64,000 bases of DNA. Origin: Histomonas meleagridis 2922-C6/04-290x (lineage: Eukaryota > Protista > Parabasalia). Position numbers and translations under genes: made by a program. A model generated the notes under the pieces. The model did no database searches, was not told the DNA's origin, and saw only the letters and a list, made by a program, of their open reading frames with translations. Every line of letters begins with the position of its first letter. Position 1 is the first letter of the stretch. Below are positions 20,237 through 31,891 of this stretch, piece after piece. The stretch spans positions 124,001 to 188,000 of the forward strand of contig JAANOX010000034.1 in assembly GCA_020184695.1 (NCBI GenBank), in the 5' to 3' direction.

Positions 20237-23200
20237 TTAAAACACACTTGTGTCAACATTTCTTTTTCTTCTAAATAACATATTACAATAAGGACATGTT
20301 CTTCTGTTGTTACTTAGCCATCTTTCCAAGCATTTCTTATGGAATGCCATTCCACACGTTTCACATTCTATGTTTGGCACCATTTTATTGGAATTAAAAT
20401 AGCTTAAACATATTGGACAAGGATTACCTTCTTCATTTTCGATGAAATTTTTCCATGCAATAAAAGCGGATTCTATCGATTGCGTAATTTTAAAAGTATC
20501 TTTAATTATCTTTAGACAAGATTCAGTCATAAAATTATCTCCGACTTTACAAATGAAATTGATTTCCTCAAAAGGATAAACATTTGGAAACTTTAAAACT
20601 AAGTTTAAATGTGTTGAAAATTCATCTTCTCCATATACAGCTAATATGTTTAAAGTTTGTATATGATATTTGATACTAATAAAATTATTATTTAATTTCA
20701 TAACATTTTTTATTATATTATTAAATATTTTATTTGTTATATTATTATTTTTCATATCATTTAATATTGTTATAATATTATTATTATTATCATCTAATGA
20801 ATTATACCAATTAAAAGATGTTATTGGGAAAACAGTTAATATTAATTCGAATTCTGTCGATGTATGACTTATGTTATTTAATATGTTTGGTACATAAGAT
20901 TTAAACTTTTGTATATATTCAATTCGTTTTTGATATGGCATCTTAATTAAACAATTTAATATGAAATTCCATTTTGAAATATCATTTAAATCATTTTCTT
21001 CATTCAGTATATTCCATAAATTAAAATGTTTTATTAATGATATTATAAGATGTGTTAAAAATGAAGAATTCGAATTATTTAATAAATTTTTACAATTTTT
21101 AATATAATTCGAAATTTCATTCGAGTTCATTTTCTTTCCGATTTTAATTAATGATTTAAGTTCGTTTTCTATTATTAAAGGAAATGGCGAAAATTTTATT
21201 AAATATTTTGTTAATAAAGAAAGAATTTCATACGAAGGAAAATCAATTGCAGAATCAGAAATTATCGAAATGATTCGAATGCAATAAAAGAATATAATTC
21301 GATCAGCTTTTTCAAGTGATTTTTTAAGTGATGGATAAATAGGTTTAAATATATGTAATGTTGGTAAATAAAATTTTAGATAAGAAATTGTTTGTCTTAA
21401 TATTAAATCGATATTATTGTTATCATTAAAGTTTGGAGCTTTTGGTTTTATTTGATTCCAATCCATTTGTATTATACTTATTAATGTTTTATTTTCATCA
21501 TTAATATCTAATGGAGGTTTAATATATGAAAGAGATTCAACTAAAATTGTGTCAATTATATCAAAATCATTAAATTGTAAATGATTAAAATAACATATAC
21601 AAGAAAGTGCATATTTAAGTTTTAAAGAATGCGCAATTTTTGCTAAATCTGAAGCTCCCGATAAAAAGTTTGTGAGTTTTTTCGGTAAGAAATTATAACT
21701 TATTTTATGTATGTATAAAAAGACTGGTAACCATTGATTTTTATTTATTAAATATGAATCAAGAAATCGACAAAATGTTTCTTCATTTATATTATTAAAA
21801 CCAAAATAACTCCAATATTCACAATAAAATTTTACATTATCTTCAAAATTAATATTTATTAAACTCGGATCAATGTTATTATTATTAATAAATGATATAA
21901 CATTTCGAGAGAATATTTTCGGATCTTTTTCTTTAGATAATTTTGGAATTAATTTAATTATTTCAGGAATTAATTTGGAATTAACAATTTGTGACTTCGA
22001 TGTTTGTGAACATAATAAATCAATTAGAAATTCTTCATCTGGTTGAAAGTAATCAAAAATATTATTATTAATATCATCTTGATTAGCAATAACGGCATTT
22101 ATCATATCTTTAATTTGTTCATCATTTGGAAATATTTTAATTATATATTTAACATTATTCGGATTCTCTTCTAATAATGGTAAACAACATTCATAAACTT
22201 CTTTACATTTAAGTATCGAAAAATCGCGATCAAATTGATTTAATATCATTTGAAGTTTATCTTTATTATCATTTTTTAGATAATTCGATATTTCATTAGT
22301 ATTTGCAAACATTGATACAAATGTTATATATTCATTAGAATTAATATCATTAATTGGAATATTTTCAAGTGTATTCCATATTTCTTTAATTAGAGAACTA
22401 TCAAATTTTTTAATAATATTTATAAGTAAATTTGATGAAACACTTTTACGCGTTTCGAGCCATTTCTTTAGTTTCTCTTGCGTCGAATTAGAAAGAAATT
22501 CAAAACATCGACTTTCATCTTTATCTATAAGTAAATCATCAATGTTATCATATTTTAAAAATATGTTGAGTGGATATTTATGTAAAAATTCCGATTTAGG
22601 ATTTGTGGAAATCATTTCTTCAAATAAATGAAGATTAAATTCATCTGTTAATTCCATTCCATTTTCCCATTTTTGTAAGTACATCGTATTAAATAATGTT
22701 TCTGCGACTTTATAATCATTTATTAATATAATTTTATTAATACATTGCTTAAGAAATTCGGAATTTCCAATTTTATTTATAAATTCATGGAAATTTGAAA
22801 TCGTTGGATTTGTATATAACGAAATTGAATTAATAAATATTGGAATTATTTGTTCTGTTGTTATAATTCCATCATTAAGTAAAATTAATATAAGTTTTAA
22901 TAAAATGTTTTGAGCTTCGGAATGATCTTCGTATTGAATCAATTGAATAACTTTGTTCGTATCATCAATGATTGAGTGGCCGACTTTATACAAAATAATA
23001 AGATATGAATATGATGAAATGCGCATGTTTGGAGTTTGGACAGAATAAAAAATGTTGTCTTCAGTAGGCTTAAGAAATTCAAATATTGGAAAATTATCTA
23101 TTACATTACTAAGTGATTTAGTAATTTTAATTGTTAAAAGAAGTTGGGAAATAAGTTTGATACATGAAGATGCAACCCTTCCCCATATTGGTGAAATCTC

Positions 23201-23701
23201 TGGATGAAATGTCGCTTTGTCTGGTGTTGGTAAATTGGGTAAAATTGTCTGTAACTTATCGCACATATCACTCTGAAGTCGTGCTAAAAAAGATTTTTTC
23301 TTTTCTGGCGTTTGAAATAAGGAATCTAAAATTGATTGTGCTTTATTTGAAACATTTGGTTCGTCATCATTAAGATAAAGATACAATGAAGGGAATATTA
23401 AAGTTATGTAATCAGTTATTGACTTATTTAATCTTTTGATTATGAGATCAATCATTTCAAGTGATAAATAACGGATTTGTTCGGATTTATCAAAAAATAA
23501 GTAACTAAATAATTCGCAACAGTGGCCAACTATTTCAATAAATGTTGTATTATAATCAAGCTTTGGAATAATCGATATTAATTCTTGAATTGCAGATTCA
23601 ACAACAGCATCATTCTTTTTTGCAATTTTTCTAAAAATGAATTTAACATCACTATCCAGGATTGTATTGGCTAATGAGGCAATATTAGCTGATTGTATCA
23701 T
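20237..23701 (-). CDS. LTN1: Listerin/Ltn1 ribosome quality-control E3 ligase
   Basis: N-terminal FRKIAKKND..AIQEL domain, HEAT body, RWD-like LKFPNVYPFE and C-terminal RING CPIC..CETCGMAFHKKCLERW..CPYC. Confidence 0.85.
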   Translation of the reverse strand: MIQSANIASLANTILDSDVKFIFRKIAKKNDAVVESAIQELISIIPKLDYNTTFIEIVGHCCELFSYLFFDKSEQIRYLSLEMIDLIIKRLNKSITDYITLIFPSLYLYLNDDEPNVSNKAQSILDSLFQTPEKKKSFLARLQSDMCDKLQTILPNLPTPDKATFHPEISPIWGRVASSCIKLISQLLLTIKITKSLSNVIDNFPIFEFLKPTEDNIFYSVQTPNMRISSYSYLIILYKVGHSIIDDTNKVIQLIQYEDHSEAQNILLKLILILLNDGIITTEQIIPIFINSISLYTNPTISNFHEFINKIGNSEFLKQCINKIILINDYKVAETLFNTMYLQKWENGMELTDEFNLHLFEEMISTNPKSEFLHKYPLNIFLKYDNIDDLLIDKDESRCFEFLSNSTQEKLKKWLETRKSVSSNLLINIIKKFDSSLIKEIWNTLENIPINDINSNEYITFVSMFANTNEISNYLKNDNKDKLQMILNQFDRDFSILKCKEVYECCLPLLEENPNNVKYIIKIFPNDEQIKDMINAVIANQDDINNNIFDYFQPDEEFLIDLLCSQTSKSQIVNSKLIPEIIKLIPKLSKEKDPKIFSRNVISFINNNNIDPSLININFEDNVKFYCEYWSYFGFNNINEETFCRFLDSYLINKNQWLPVFLYIHKISYNFLPKKLTNFLSGASDLAKIAHSLKLKYALSCICYFNHLQFNDFDIIDTILVESLSYIKPPLDINDENKTLISIIQMDWNQIKPKAPNFNDNNNIDLILRQTISYLKFYLPTLHIFKPIYPSLKKSLEKADRIIFFYCIRIISIISDSAIDFPSYEILSLLTKYLIKFSPFPLIIENELKSLIKIGKKMNSNEISNYIKNCKNLLNNSNSSFLTHLIISLIKHFNLWNILNEENDLNDISKWNFILNCLIKMPYQKRIEYIQKFKSYVPNILNNISHTSTEFELILTVFPITSFNWYNSLDDNNNNIITILNDMKNNNITNKIFNNIIKNVMKLNNNFISIKYHIQTLNILAVYGEDEFSTHLNLVLKFPNVYPFEEINFICKVGDNFMTESCLKIIKDTFKITQSIESAFIAWKNFIENEEGNPCPICLSYFNSNKMVPNIECETCGMAFHKKCLERWLSNNRRTCPYCNMLFRRKRNVDTSVF

Positions 23702-25504
23702 CTTCCAATATTATGTCAAATTAAAAATTCAGAAAAATGATGACATTTTTAATTTCTTAGAAAAAAACTGCATTCAAATCCAATTGGATCAGTTAATTGA
23801 AACTAACGGTTTACATTAGCATGAATATTTTCTATGAGATTTATCAAAATATTCAAAAAGTTCGGAAATTTCATGCTGCAGTATGTTTTATTGTAAATAA
23901 AAAGTGCCATATATTTTGTCCACTTTTTGATAACTGTTATCTTGTCATAAAGTTGAGTTCACAATTTTTTCGTACTATTGGCATTTTTTGATGAATCATT
24001 TTTTAATGTCATCAAGTTGTGAGGAAAATAATCTAATAGTTGTTAATGCAGAAATTGGTCAAATTAAAAGAGAAATGAGTACAACAGTTTATACAGAAAT
24101 TAGTAAAATGAAAGATGAAATTAATAAAATTTAAGACGAAAATGGTAAAATTAAATGGAAATGAGTACAACATTTATTAAAGAATTTAACCAACAATTAG
24201 AATTTTATTAAATTGAAAGGCAAAATATCACAAACAAACAACTAATATCATTGAGAACTGAATTACATGTAGAAATAATTCAAGAAAACGAAAAAACACG
24301 GAAAGAAATAGAAAAAATATGAAATTATTTTAAAAATGCTCTTAATAATACAAAGTTCGTAAGTATTTAAGTGATCTTAGCAACCAAAGTTAAAAACAAA
24401 ATTAACCAATCAATGTTACATGGAAATGCATTTCTTTTATTGGCCCAGATTTCAAGGTGAAAATGAATTAGGTACACTTGATACTATGACGTAATATAAC
24501 ATCCTTTCATAATGAAAAATATTTTTTAAATCTGGAAGAGATTTAATTGAAATGAATTAAAACGTTTTTTTTAATTTTTTTAGGCAAACAGATTTTTTTC
24601 CCATATACAGAGTATCGGCACAGATAAAACAGAGATTCTCAAGGTAAACATATTGAGTTTATTTAAAAGATGAAATATTACAATAAAGTTAAAGCTTCAC
24701 TCAAATATGATTACGTTATAACATATATAGGAAAAACATTTCTGAATATATCTATTCCGAGTGTTGGTTCGTGATTACCATAAAATTGAATATATTTTGA
24801 ATTTGAGAAATAATAAAATTCATAATTTCCTATACATTTAACTAAACATGAAGGTACAAAATTCATTTCTACATTGTGATTACGCCTTGCATCACACTAA
24901 TTTCTATAACATACACCTTATCATTATTGATTCTAAATTATGACATTTATAAAATATAGTATTGATGTTTAATAATTAAAGTTAGAACTGATTCAAATTA
25001 ATAATAATTTCTTATGACTCCTAAAAAAAATGAAATAAAGTATATCATAAACAATGTGTTAAAAATGTGTTTGGTATATCATGAATATATTGCATTATCA
25101 ATTTAGCAGTGAGCTTTATGTTGAAATAATGATTTTACAACGACGGTTCGCACCTTTCAAAATCCTGTTTTACAGCCATACAAACCGTTGTTCACATAAA
25201 ACAATGAAATATATTCAATACCCGTAAACTCTTTTTGACAGAAAAAACTATCGTTATTTTGACATTAACGACTTTTGGGAATTCGGGGTGCCCGTAATAA
25301 CTGCGTGTAGTTTTTACTCAATTTCCAAACACACCCTGTGAAGCAATTTTGGGTTGTCAAATCAGAACAAAACGAAAAGAAAAACTTTGTTTTTAATCAA
25401 CAGTTCTCATCTTTAGGAATAAAAGTGTACGAGAACTCCTGATTACAGCAAAAGTTCATATTTTGTAAGAATTATGAACATGACATTTTAATGGAAAAAT
25501 TGAG

Positions 25505-26092
25505 TTAAAAAGAGAAAATATCCTCAGCAAAGCTTGGTTCAAAGCTATTTGTGGAATCAAGAAACGCATTGTTATCATCGTCAATCGAGAAAAATGGAGA
25601 TTCATCAACGCATTGCGTGTTTTCAAAACTCGCAACAAACCTAAAGGAGCCTTTATCATCTTTCTCATTATCCTGTGTCTGGAATAACGAATCCATTGAA
25701 TGAACTACAGGAGCTGATTGAGGAACGATAATTGGAACGGGGAGAGATGGTTGAGGTGTCTGAGACCTCTCAGGGACGAGGGGAACTATTTTTTGGAGCT
25801 GGGTAAAGTCGACAGGGAGTGATTTTTTGATTATTGTTCTACATAATTCGTTGGTTTTAGCATTCATTAGCCTTTGGTAGCAATCTGAAGAAAGGCGAGA
25901 ATGAGGCGACCAACATACAGCTTCAATTGCTTGAGCATGGGCCAAAGCAAGTCTCTGATTTTCAGCAACGTTAACTTTTTCACCACGTGCTATATCTACA
26001 AATTCCAGCGTTGCCTTTACTTGGTTGATACAGTCATTTAAATATTTCTTCCTTCTGATATAGTTCCTTTTGTTGTTTTTTGTCCCGTCCAT
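25505..26092 (-). CDS. Hypothetical protein with KIX-like three-helix segment and Pro/Ser-rich tail
   Basis: AQAIEAVCW..LSSDCYQRLMNAKT pattern resembles KIX helices; resemblance only. Confidence 0.5.
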   Translation of the reverse strand: MDGTKNNKRNYIRRKKYLNDCINQVKATLEFVDIARGEKVNVAENQRLALAHAQAIEAVCWSPHSRLSSDCYQRLMNAKTNELCRTIIKKSLPVDFTQLQKIVPLVPERSQTPQPSLPVPIIVPQSAPVVHSMDSLFQTQDNEKDDKGSFRFVASFENTQCVDESPFFSIDDDNNAFLDSTNSFEPSFAEDIFSF

Positions 26093-26970
26093 TTTGGATT
26101 TTGAAAAAGTGGCTTGTCAGATGAGTCAAAACCGCAGCAATTTGATCGCTGTAAATTCAATATATTCGGTTCAAACCATTTTACCTCCAGAAAATGATTT
26201 TTTCTGTGTATTACTGGCTGAATAACCGTTTCGTGAAAATGTATATATCTTAATATATATATGATATTCTTATCAGATGCTCATAAAATATTGAATAACT
26301 GATTATTTACCCGAGATTATTCATCTAATTTATGAATTAATGATGATTCACAGGAAATATTTATATTTCTTGTTTGAATAGTAAAGTGGCCTTATTGAAT
26401 TACAAAGTTATAAAATTTCCTCTCAAAATCATTTACTTTTTGAATTCGCAAATCAAAAACGTTCTGATGTCAAAGTCGGTTTGTCAGATAAACCGTCTGA
26501 ATTGAATGCGGAATCGACTCAAACAAGATTTAAAATGAGATAGAGGAGATTAAACTCAATAGAAAATTTTCTGTTTTTTGTTAGTGATTTAAACGTCATA
26601 AACTAAAAGTGGCAAAACAGGAAATGCCAACTGATTTGAATACTTTATAATCCACACAACATTTTCTATGAGGTCTCTCATTAAAAAATTTCAATCCTTT
26701 CAGTGCAAAGCATAGAAAAACCAGACAAGACAAATGCAAATGTCAATAAAAACAAGAACTCTCCCTTGCAACAATAAATAAAACTTGATAGCATGGAAAA
26801 TTCCTTACTTTTTTGAATAATTTTATTAAACTATTCACAATTTGAAAAAACAATAAGCCATGGCTGGTGTGGCCCAAAAACCGCTCCGCTGCTTTTCAAT
26901 TTATTTATTGAATACTTGGATTTCTGAGGTTATGTGCTCGACCACTTATTTCATCTGACCACTTAAATTT

Positions 26971-29520
26971 ATGTCAGTTCTTGCAATTGACTTTGGCAAT
27001 GAAAATTGCCTCGTAGGTATTCCCGGACGTGGGGGCGTTGATGTTTTAACAAATCAAGCATCAAAACGTTTGACACCATCAATGATTGCAATTTCTGATG
27101 AACGTTGCTATGCTGGTGAAATGGCTAAAACACAGCAAATGAGCAATGTCGCAGGAACAATAACCCAACTTAAAAGATTAGTCGGTCTTAAATATGATGA
27201 TCCAGAACGTGAAACAATCGAAAAATTAATTGGCTACAAACTTGTTAAATTAGATGATGGCATGATTGGCGTCGAAGTATCCACAAACTACAAGAAAGAA
27301 GTACTCAGAGTTGAACATTGTGTTTCAATCTTACTCAAGCAATTATTTGTTATTGCTAAGAACCATAACACAAATGCCAAAGATTGTGTTATTGTTGTTT
27401 CTCCATGGTGGACAGAATCTCAACGTCGTGTCATTCTTGATGCTGCAGAAATCCAAGGATTAAATGTTCTTAAACTTTTGAACTCCACAACAGCAGCCGC
27501 TATTACATACTCAATGTATCACCGTTCCAAGCTTCCAGATGATGCAGACAAAAAGGTTCCTATTGCATTCATTGATTTTGGTGATTCATCATTAAATGTT
27601 GCAATAGCTCTTTTAAGCAAAGGTGCAGTTGAAATCAAGAGCTTCTCATGCAATAATCATCTTGGTGGCTCCAATTTCACCACTGCTTTATCTGATTATT
27701 TGTTAGGAATTGTAGAAAAGAAATACAAGATCAATCCAAGGAACAACCAACGTGCTATGATACGTTTCCGTGAAGCCGTTGAACGTCTTAAGAAGAGTCT
27801 TACTGTTAATTCCAAGATGATGTTTGAAGTTCAAAACCTTATGAATGACATTGATGTCCATTTCTTTGTCGAGCGTAAAGAATTTGAAGATCTTATCACA
27901 GACTTAGTAGCCCAAATCAATGAACCAATTGAAACTGCATTAAAACTTGCAAAGGTCAAGAAAGAAGATCTTTTTGCCATCGAAATGTATGGTGGTGGGT
28001 CCCGTGTTCCATTAGTCAAAGCGCGCATTGAGGAAATCTTTGGACGCAAGGCCACGCAATCACTCGACCTCGATGAGTGCTTCTTAACGGGCGCCGGTTT
28101 CCAAGCCGCCATTTTATCGCCTCAATTCCAAGTCAATCTCGATGTCAAGGACGCAGCACCATTCCAAGTTATGGTTGAATACGTATTACCAGATGGTGAG
28201 AAAAAGACACTCGAATTGTTCAGGCAATTTAACCCTGTTCCATCAACAAAGAAAGTACCAATCCGTATGAAGGGTACTGCACATGTTCGCTTCTATAGCA
28301 CTAATGGCGATATTGGATCCGTTGATATCGTTTCTCCAGTTGAAGAAGAACAACGTATAAATCTCCTTGTCCGCTTGACGCCCGATGGTCTTCTCGATGT
28401 TAAAGATGCATATTACATTGTCAAGGAAACAGTCATCGAACAACCAAAGCCGAAACCAGCACCAAAGAAGGAAGAAAAGAAGGAGGAAAAGAAAGAAGAG
28501 GCCAAGCCCGAAGATAAGAAAGAAGAAGCTAAACCAGAAGAGAAGAAGGAAGAGAAGAAGGAGGAAGCTAAGCCTGAGGAGAAGAAAGAAGAAAAGAAGG
28601 AAGAATCCAAACCAGAAGAGAAGAAAGAAGAGGCTAAGCCAGAAGAAAAGAAGGAAGAGAAGAAGGAGGAAGAGGAGAAGCCAAAGACAAGGATTGTCGA
28701 GAAGCAAATTCAAGTTGCATTCAAGTTCACACCAACATTCGGCCTCTCAGCTGAACAAAAGAAGGCTATTAAGGAACTTGATGACGACATTGTCAAGCGT
28801 GACCAACAAGCAGAGCTCATCATCTCAACTAAGAACGAACTTGAGACATACATCTATTCCGTTCAGAACGCAATGACACGCGACTATCCCGAATATTTCG
28901 ATCCCGCTAAGCTTCCCGAATACCAAAAGAAGTTGGAGGAAGTCCACAACTGGTTCTGCGAAAACGAATTTGAAGATTTACCACTTCAGGAATGGCTCAA
29001 CCACTTGAACGAGTTAAAGGCATTTGGCGAAGACCCAGCGAACTTCAGAAAGTTACGTAACAGGATACCAAACGACATCCATGAATATAGGAATAGAGCT
29101 ACAGAGATACAGAAGAAGCTCGACTCGAAGGACGAGAAGTTTGCGCACATCACTGATGACGAAAGAAAGCCACTTAGAGATGAGCTTAAGAAGTTCGATG
29201 ATATGTTGAAGAAGAAGGAAGAAGACTTGAAGAACACGCCTTTGTACAAGAGGCCTGTGTTCTCTAAGTCAGAAATAGAAACAAACATTAATGGCATCGA
29301 GTCACGTGTTAACACGTTGATGGCTAAGCCTAAGCCAGCGCCACCTAAGAAGGAGGAGAAGAAGGAAGAAAAGAAGGACGAGAAGAAAGAGGAAAAGAAG
29401 GACGAAAAGAAGGAAGAAGCAAAGCCTGAGGAGCAAAAGAAAGAGGAAGAAAAGAAACCAGAAGAAGATAAAAAGACAGACGATAAACCTAAAGAAGAAA
29501 ACAAGGAACAAAAAGCTTAA
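26971..29520 (+). CDS. HSP110: Cytosolic HSP110/SSE-type Hsp70-family nucleotide exchange factor
   Basis: VLAIDFGNENC, GGVDVLTNQASKRLTPS, DFGDSS, KNELETYIY; two long K/E/P low-complexity tracts. Confidence 0.9.
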   Translation: MSVLAIDFGNENCLVGIPGRGGVDVLTNQASKRLTPSMIAISDERCYAGEMAKTQQMSNVAGTITQLKRLVGLKYDDPERETIEKLIGYKLVKLDDGMIGVEVSTNYKKEVLRVEHCVSILLKQLFVIAKNHNTNAKDCVIVVSPWWTESQRRVILDAAEIQGLNVLKLLNSTTAAAITYSMYHRSKLPDDADKKVPIAFIDFGDSSLNVAIALLSKGAVEIKSFSCNNHLGGSNFTTALSDYLLGIVEKKYKINPRNNQRAMIRFREAVERLKKSLTVNSKMMFEVQNLMNDIDVHFFVERKEFEDLITDLVAQINEPIETALKLAKVKKEDLFAIEMYGGGSRVPLVKARIEEIFGRKATQSLDLDECFLTGAGFQAAILSPQFQVNLDVKDAAPFQVMVEYVLPDGEKKTLELFRQFNPVPSTKKVPIRMKGTAHVRFYSTNGDIGSVDIVSPVEEEQRINLLVRLTPDGLLDVKDAYYIVKETVIEQPKPKPAPKKEEKKEEKKEEAKPEDKKEEAKPEEKKEEKKEEAKPEEKKEEKKEESKPEEKKEEAKPEEKKEEKKEEEEKPKTRIVEKQIQVAFKFTPTFGLSAEQKKAIKELDDDIVKRDQQAELIISTKNELETYIYSVQNAMTRDYPEYFDPAKLPEYQKKLEEVHNWFCENEFEDLPLQEWLNHLNELKAFGEDPANFRKLRNRIPNDIHEYRNRATEIQKKLDSKDEKFAHITDDERKPLRDELKKFDDMLKKKEEDLKNTPLYKRPVFSKSEIETNINGIESRVNTLMAKPKPAPPKKEEKKEEKKDEKKEEKKDEKKEEAKPEEQKKEEEKKPEEDKKTDDKPKEENKEQKA

Positions 29521-30010
29521 AATTCTAAATAAAGATATTTGAAGTCTTAATTCAATGTTTTTGGAAATTAACAGTGCATAAGTTGTTGAGCAATTTGGAA
29601 GTTTTGGGTTTAAGAAGATTTCTCTCTCATTTCGAAATTTTTGTTGCCGTTGTTCAGCTTTCTCTGTGGTTTGTTTTGTTGTGCTTTTATATGTATTTTA
29701 AATATAAAATTTTGCATGTTGCGATGAAATGTCTTTTTTCGAATAGAAAATTTTAATTGATTAAAATTAATTTTTGTATTGTTAGCGATAATTATTTTCT
29801 TTTTTGGGTTAAATAACTGTAATTTTCAAGTGATACAGTGAATCTTATTGTTCCGATAATTTCCTAAAACGCAAGCTTTTGATTTCATTTGAAAATAATC
29901 CATTCCTTTCAAAATTCGGGTGTTTTCCAAGATTAATTCACAATTTGTGTCAAATGACAAAGAATTGAATTATCGATAATTCCAATGAATCCAATCACAT
30001 CACAAAATAA

Positions 30011-31891
30011 ATGTTCGCTCTTTTGTTAATTAGCACATTAAGCTCAGATTACATAGAGCCAATCGAAATCCCACAAGGTCTTTCAAACGCAGATGCTTGT
30101 GCAATCTGCAAGACAGTCGTTTCAGGAATCACAAACATCTTAGATAACACCAAAGTCCAATCTGCTATCGCTCAATTAGCAGCACAACTTTGCACTAAGT
30201 TCTCCCTCCAAGCCGCACAAAACCTTTGCAACACAATCATCACAGGTTATCTTCCAAAGGTTCTTTCATTCATCTCTAGCGGAATTTCCAAAGCTGATAT
30301 CTGCACAAAACTTAGCCTTTGCAAGTCCAATGATGATGAAGTTGATTACATCGAAATCCCAGAAGGTCTCGAAAACGGTATCGCATGCTCAATCTGCAAA
30401 CATCTTGTTTCTGGTGTCTCTTCAATCTTAGCTAGCACAACAGTCCAAACAAAGGTTACAGAATATGCTGAAAAGATCTGCGCTCGTTTCCCATCAATCG
30501 GTCGCACATTCTGCAACAAGATCGTTTCATACATTCCAAACATCATGAACTGGCTCTCAACAGGTCTCACCAACTTAGAAGTTTGCACTAAGATCAAGAT
30601 CTGCAGCTCCAACGATGACAACGATGATGCATACCTCGAATTATACCTTGAAATGGATGAAGGCGATTATGTCACAGACATTGAACTCCCACTTGGTCTC
30701 TCCAACGCAGACAACTGCGCAATTTGCAAGAAGGCTGTCAGCTATGTTTCATCAGCTATGAAGAGCAGCACAGTCCAATCAGTCGTTAAGGCCGCCGCTA
30801 CAGCAGCATGCAGCTACATCACCAGTGGTGTTGGCGCAGCACTTTGCAAGACAATCATCAGCGTTTCCATCGGCCCAATCATGACATGGCTCGGCAACAA
30901 ACTTTCAACATCCAGCGTTTGCACTAAACTTAAGATCTGCAGCTCAAATGCCGATGATGAAGTTGATTACATCGAAATCCCAGAAGGTCTCGAAAACGGT
31001 ATCGCATGCTCAATCTGCAAACATCTTGTTTCTGGTGTCTCTTCAATCTTAGCTAGCACAACAGTCCAAACAAAGGTTACAGAATATGCTGAAAAGATCT
31101 GCGCTCGTTTCCCATCAATCGGTCGCACATTCTGCAACAAGATCGTTTCATACATTCCAAACATCATGAATTGGCTCTCAACAGGTCTCACCAACTTAGA
31201 AGTTTGCACTAAGATCAAGATCTGCAGCTCCAATGATGTCGATAATGATGATGCATACCTCGAATTATACCTTGAAATGGAAGAAGGTGACTACGTTACA
31301 GAAGTCGAACTCCCATTAGGCCTTTCCAACGCAGACAACTGTGCAATTTGTAAATCAGCTGTTGGCTTCGTCTCCGCTGCTATGGGCAACAGCATTGTTC
31401 AAGCAATCGTTAAGGCCGCCGCTACAGCTGCATGCGGTTTAATCAGCGGTGGTGTTGGTGCTGCTCTTTGCAAGACAATCGTCTCCGTTTCCGTTGGCCC
31501 AATCATGAGCTGGCTCAGCAGCAAACTCTCATCATCAAGCATCTGCACTAAACTCGGCTACTGCAAGTCTAACTCAATCGATTTCCTCGATTTTGATGTT
31601 GAAGAAGAAGATGATGACGAAATCTACTACATCCCAATTCCAGAAGGCTTAGACAACACTGTTGCATGCACAGTCTGCACAACAGTCGTTACTGGCATAT
31701 CAACAATCATGAAGGACACCAGCGTTACATCACAAATCGCAAGCCTCGCTGCTAACCTTTGCACAAAGGTCCCAACATCTGCACAAAGCATCTGCAAGAC
31801 AATCATCAACAACTACCTTCCAAAGGTTATCAGCTGGCTCGGAAGCGGTCTTTCCAAGTCAAACATCTGCAGCAAGTTAAGTCTTTGCTAA
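30011..31891 (+). CDS. Secreted prosaposin-like precursor with six saposin-B domains
   Basis: Signal peptide; six CxxC...C...C...C.....C motifs separated by acidic linkers. Confidence 0.92.
   Translation: MFALLLISTLSSDYIEPIEIPQGLSNADACAICKTVVSGITNILDNTKVQSAIAQLAAQLCTKFSLQAAQNLCNTIITGYLPKVLSFISSGISKADICTKLSLCKSNDDEVDYIEIPEGLENGIACSICKHLVSGVSSILASTTVQTKVTEYAEKICARFPSIGRTFCNKIVSYIPNIMNWLSTGLTNLEVCTKIKICSSNDDNDDAYLELYLEMDEGDYVTDIELPLGLSNADNCAICKKAVSYVSSAMKSSTVQSVVKAAATAACSYITSGVGAALCKTIISVSIGPIMTWLGNKLSTSSVCTKLKICSSNADDEVDYIEIPEGLENGIACSICKHLVSGVSSILASTTVQTKVTEYAEKICARFPSIGRTFCNKIVSYIPNIMNWLSTGLTNLEVCTKIKICSSNDVDNDDAYLELYLEMEEGDYVTEVELPLGLSNADNCAICKSAVGFVSAAMGNSIVQAIVKAAATAACGLISGGVGAALCKTIVSVSVGPIMSWLSSKLSSSSICTKLGYCKSNSIDFLDFDVEEEDDDEIYYIPIPEGLDNTVACTVCTTVVTGISTIMKDTSVTSQIASLAANLCTKVPTSAQSICKTIINNYLPKVISWLGSGLSKSNICSKLSLC
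30332..31233 (+). repeat. Internal 621-bp-offset duplication in the saposin gene (30332-30612 vs 30953-31233, one mismatch seen)
   Basis: Direct comparison. The following domains 3 and 5 are homologous but clearly more diverged. Confidence 0.9.

Noticed and set aside
24000-24800. Possible coiled-coil or BspA-LRR relic with a 15-bp direct repeat (GAAATGAGTACAACA)
   Set aside because: Too degraded to assign.
28243-29511. Long antisense and alternate-frame ORFs in HSP110
   Set aside because: Shadows of the K/E/P low-complexity tracts.
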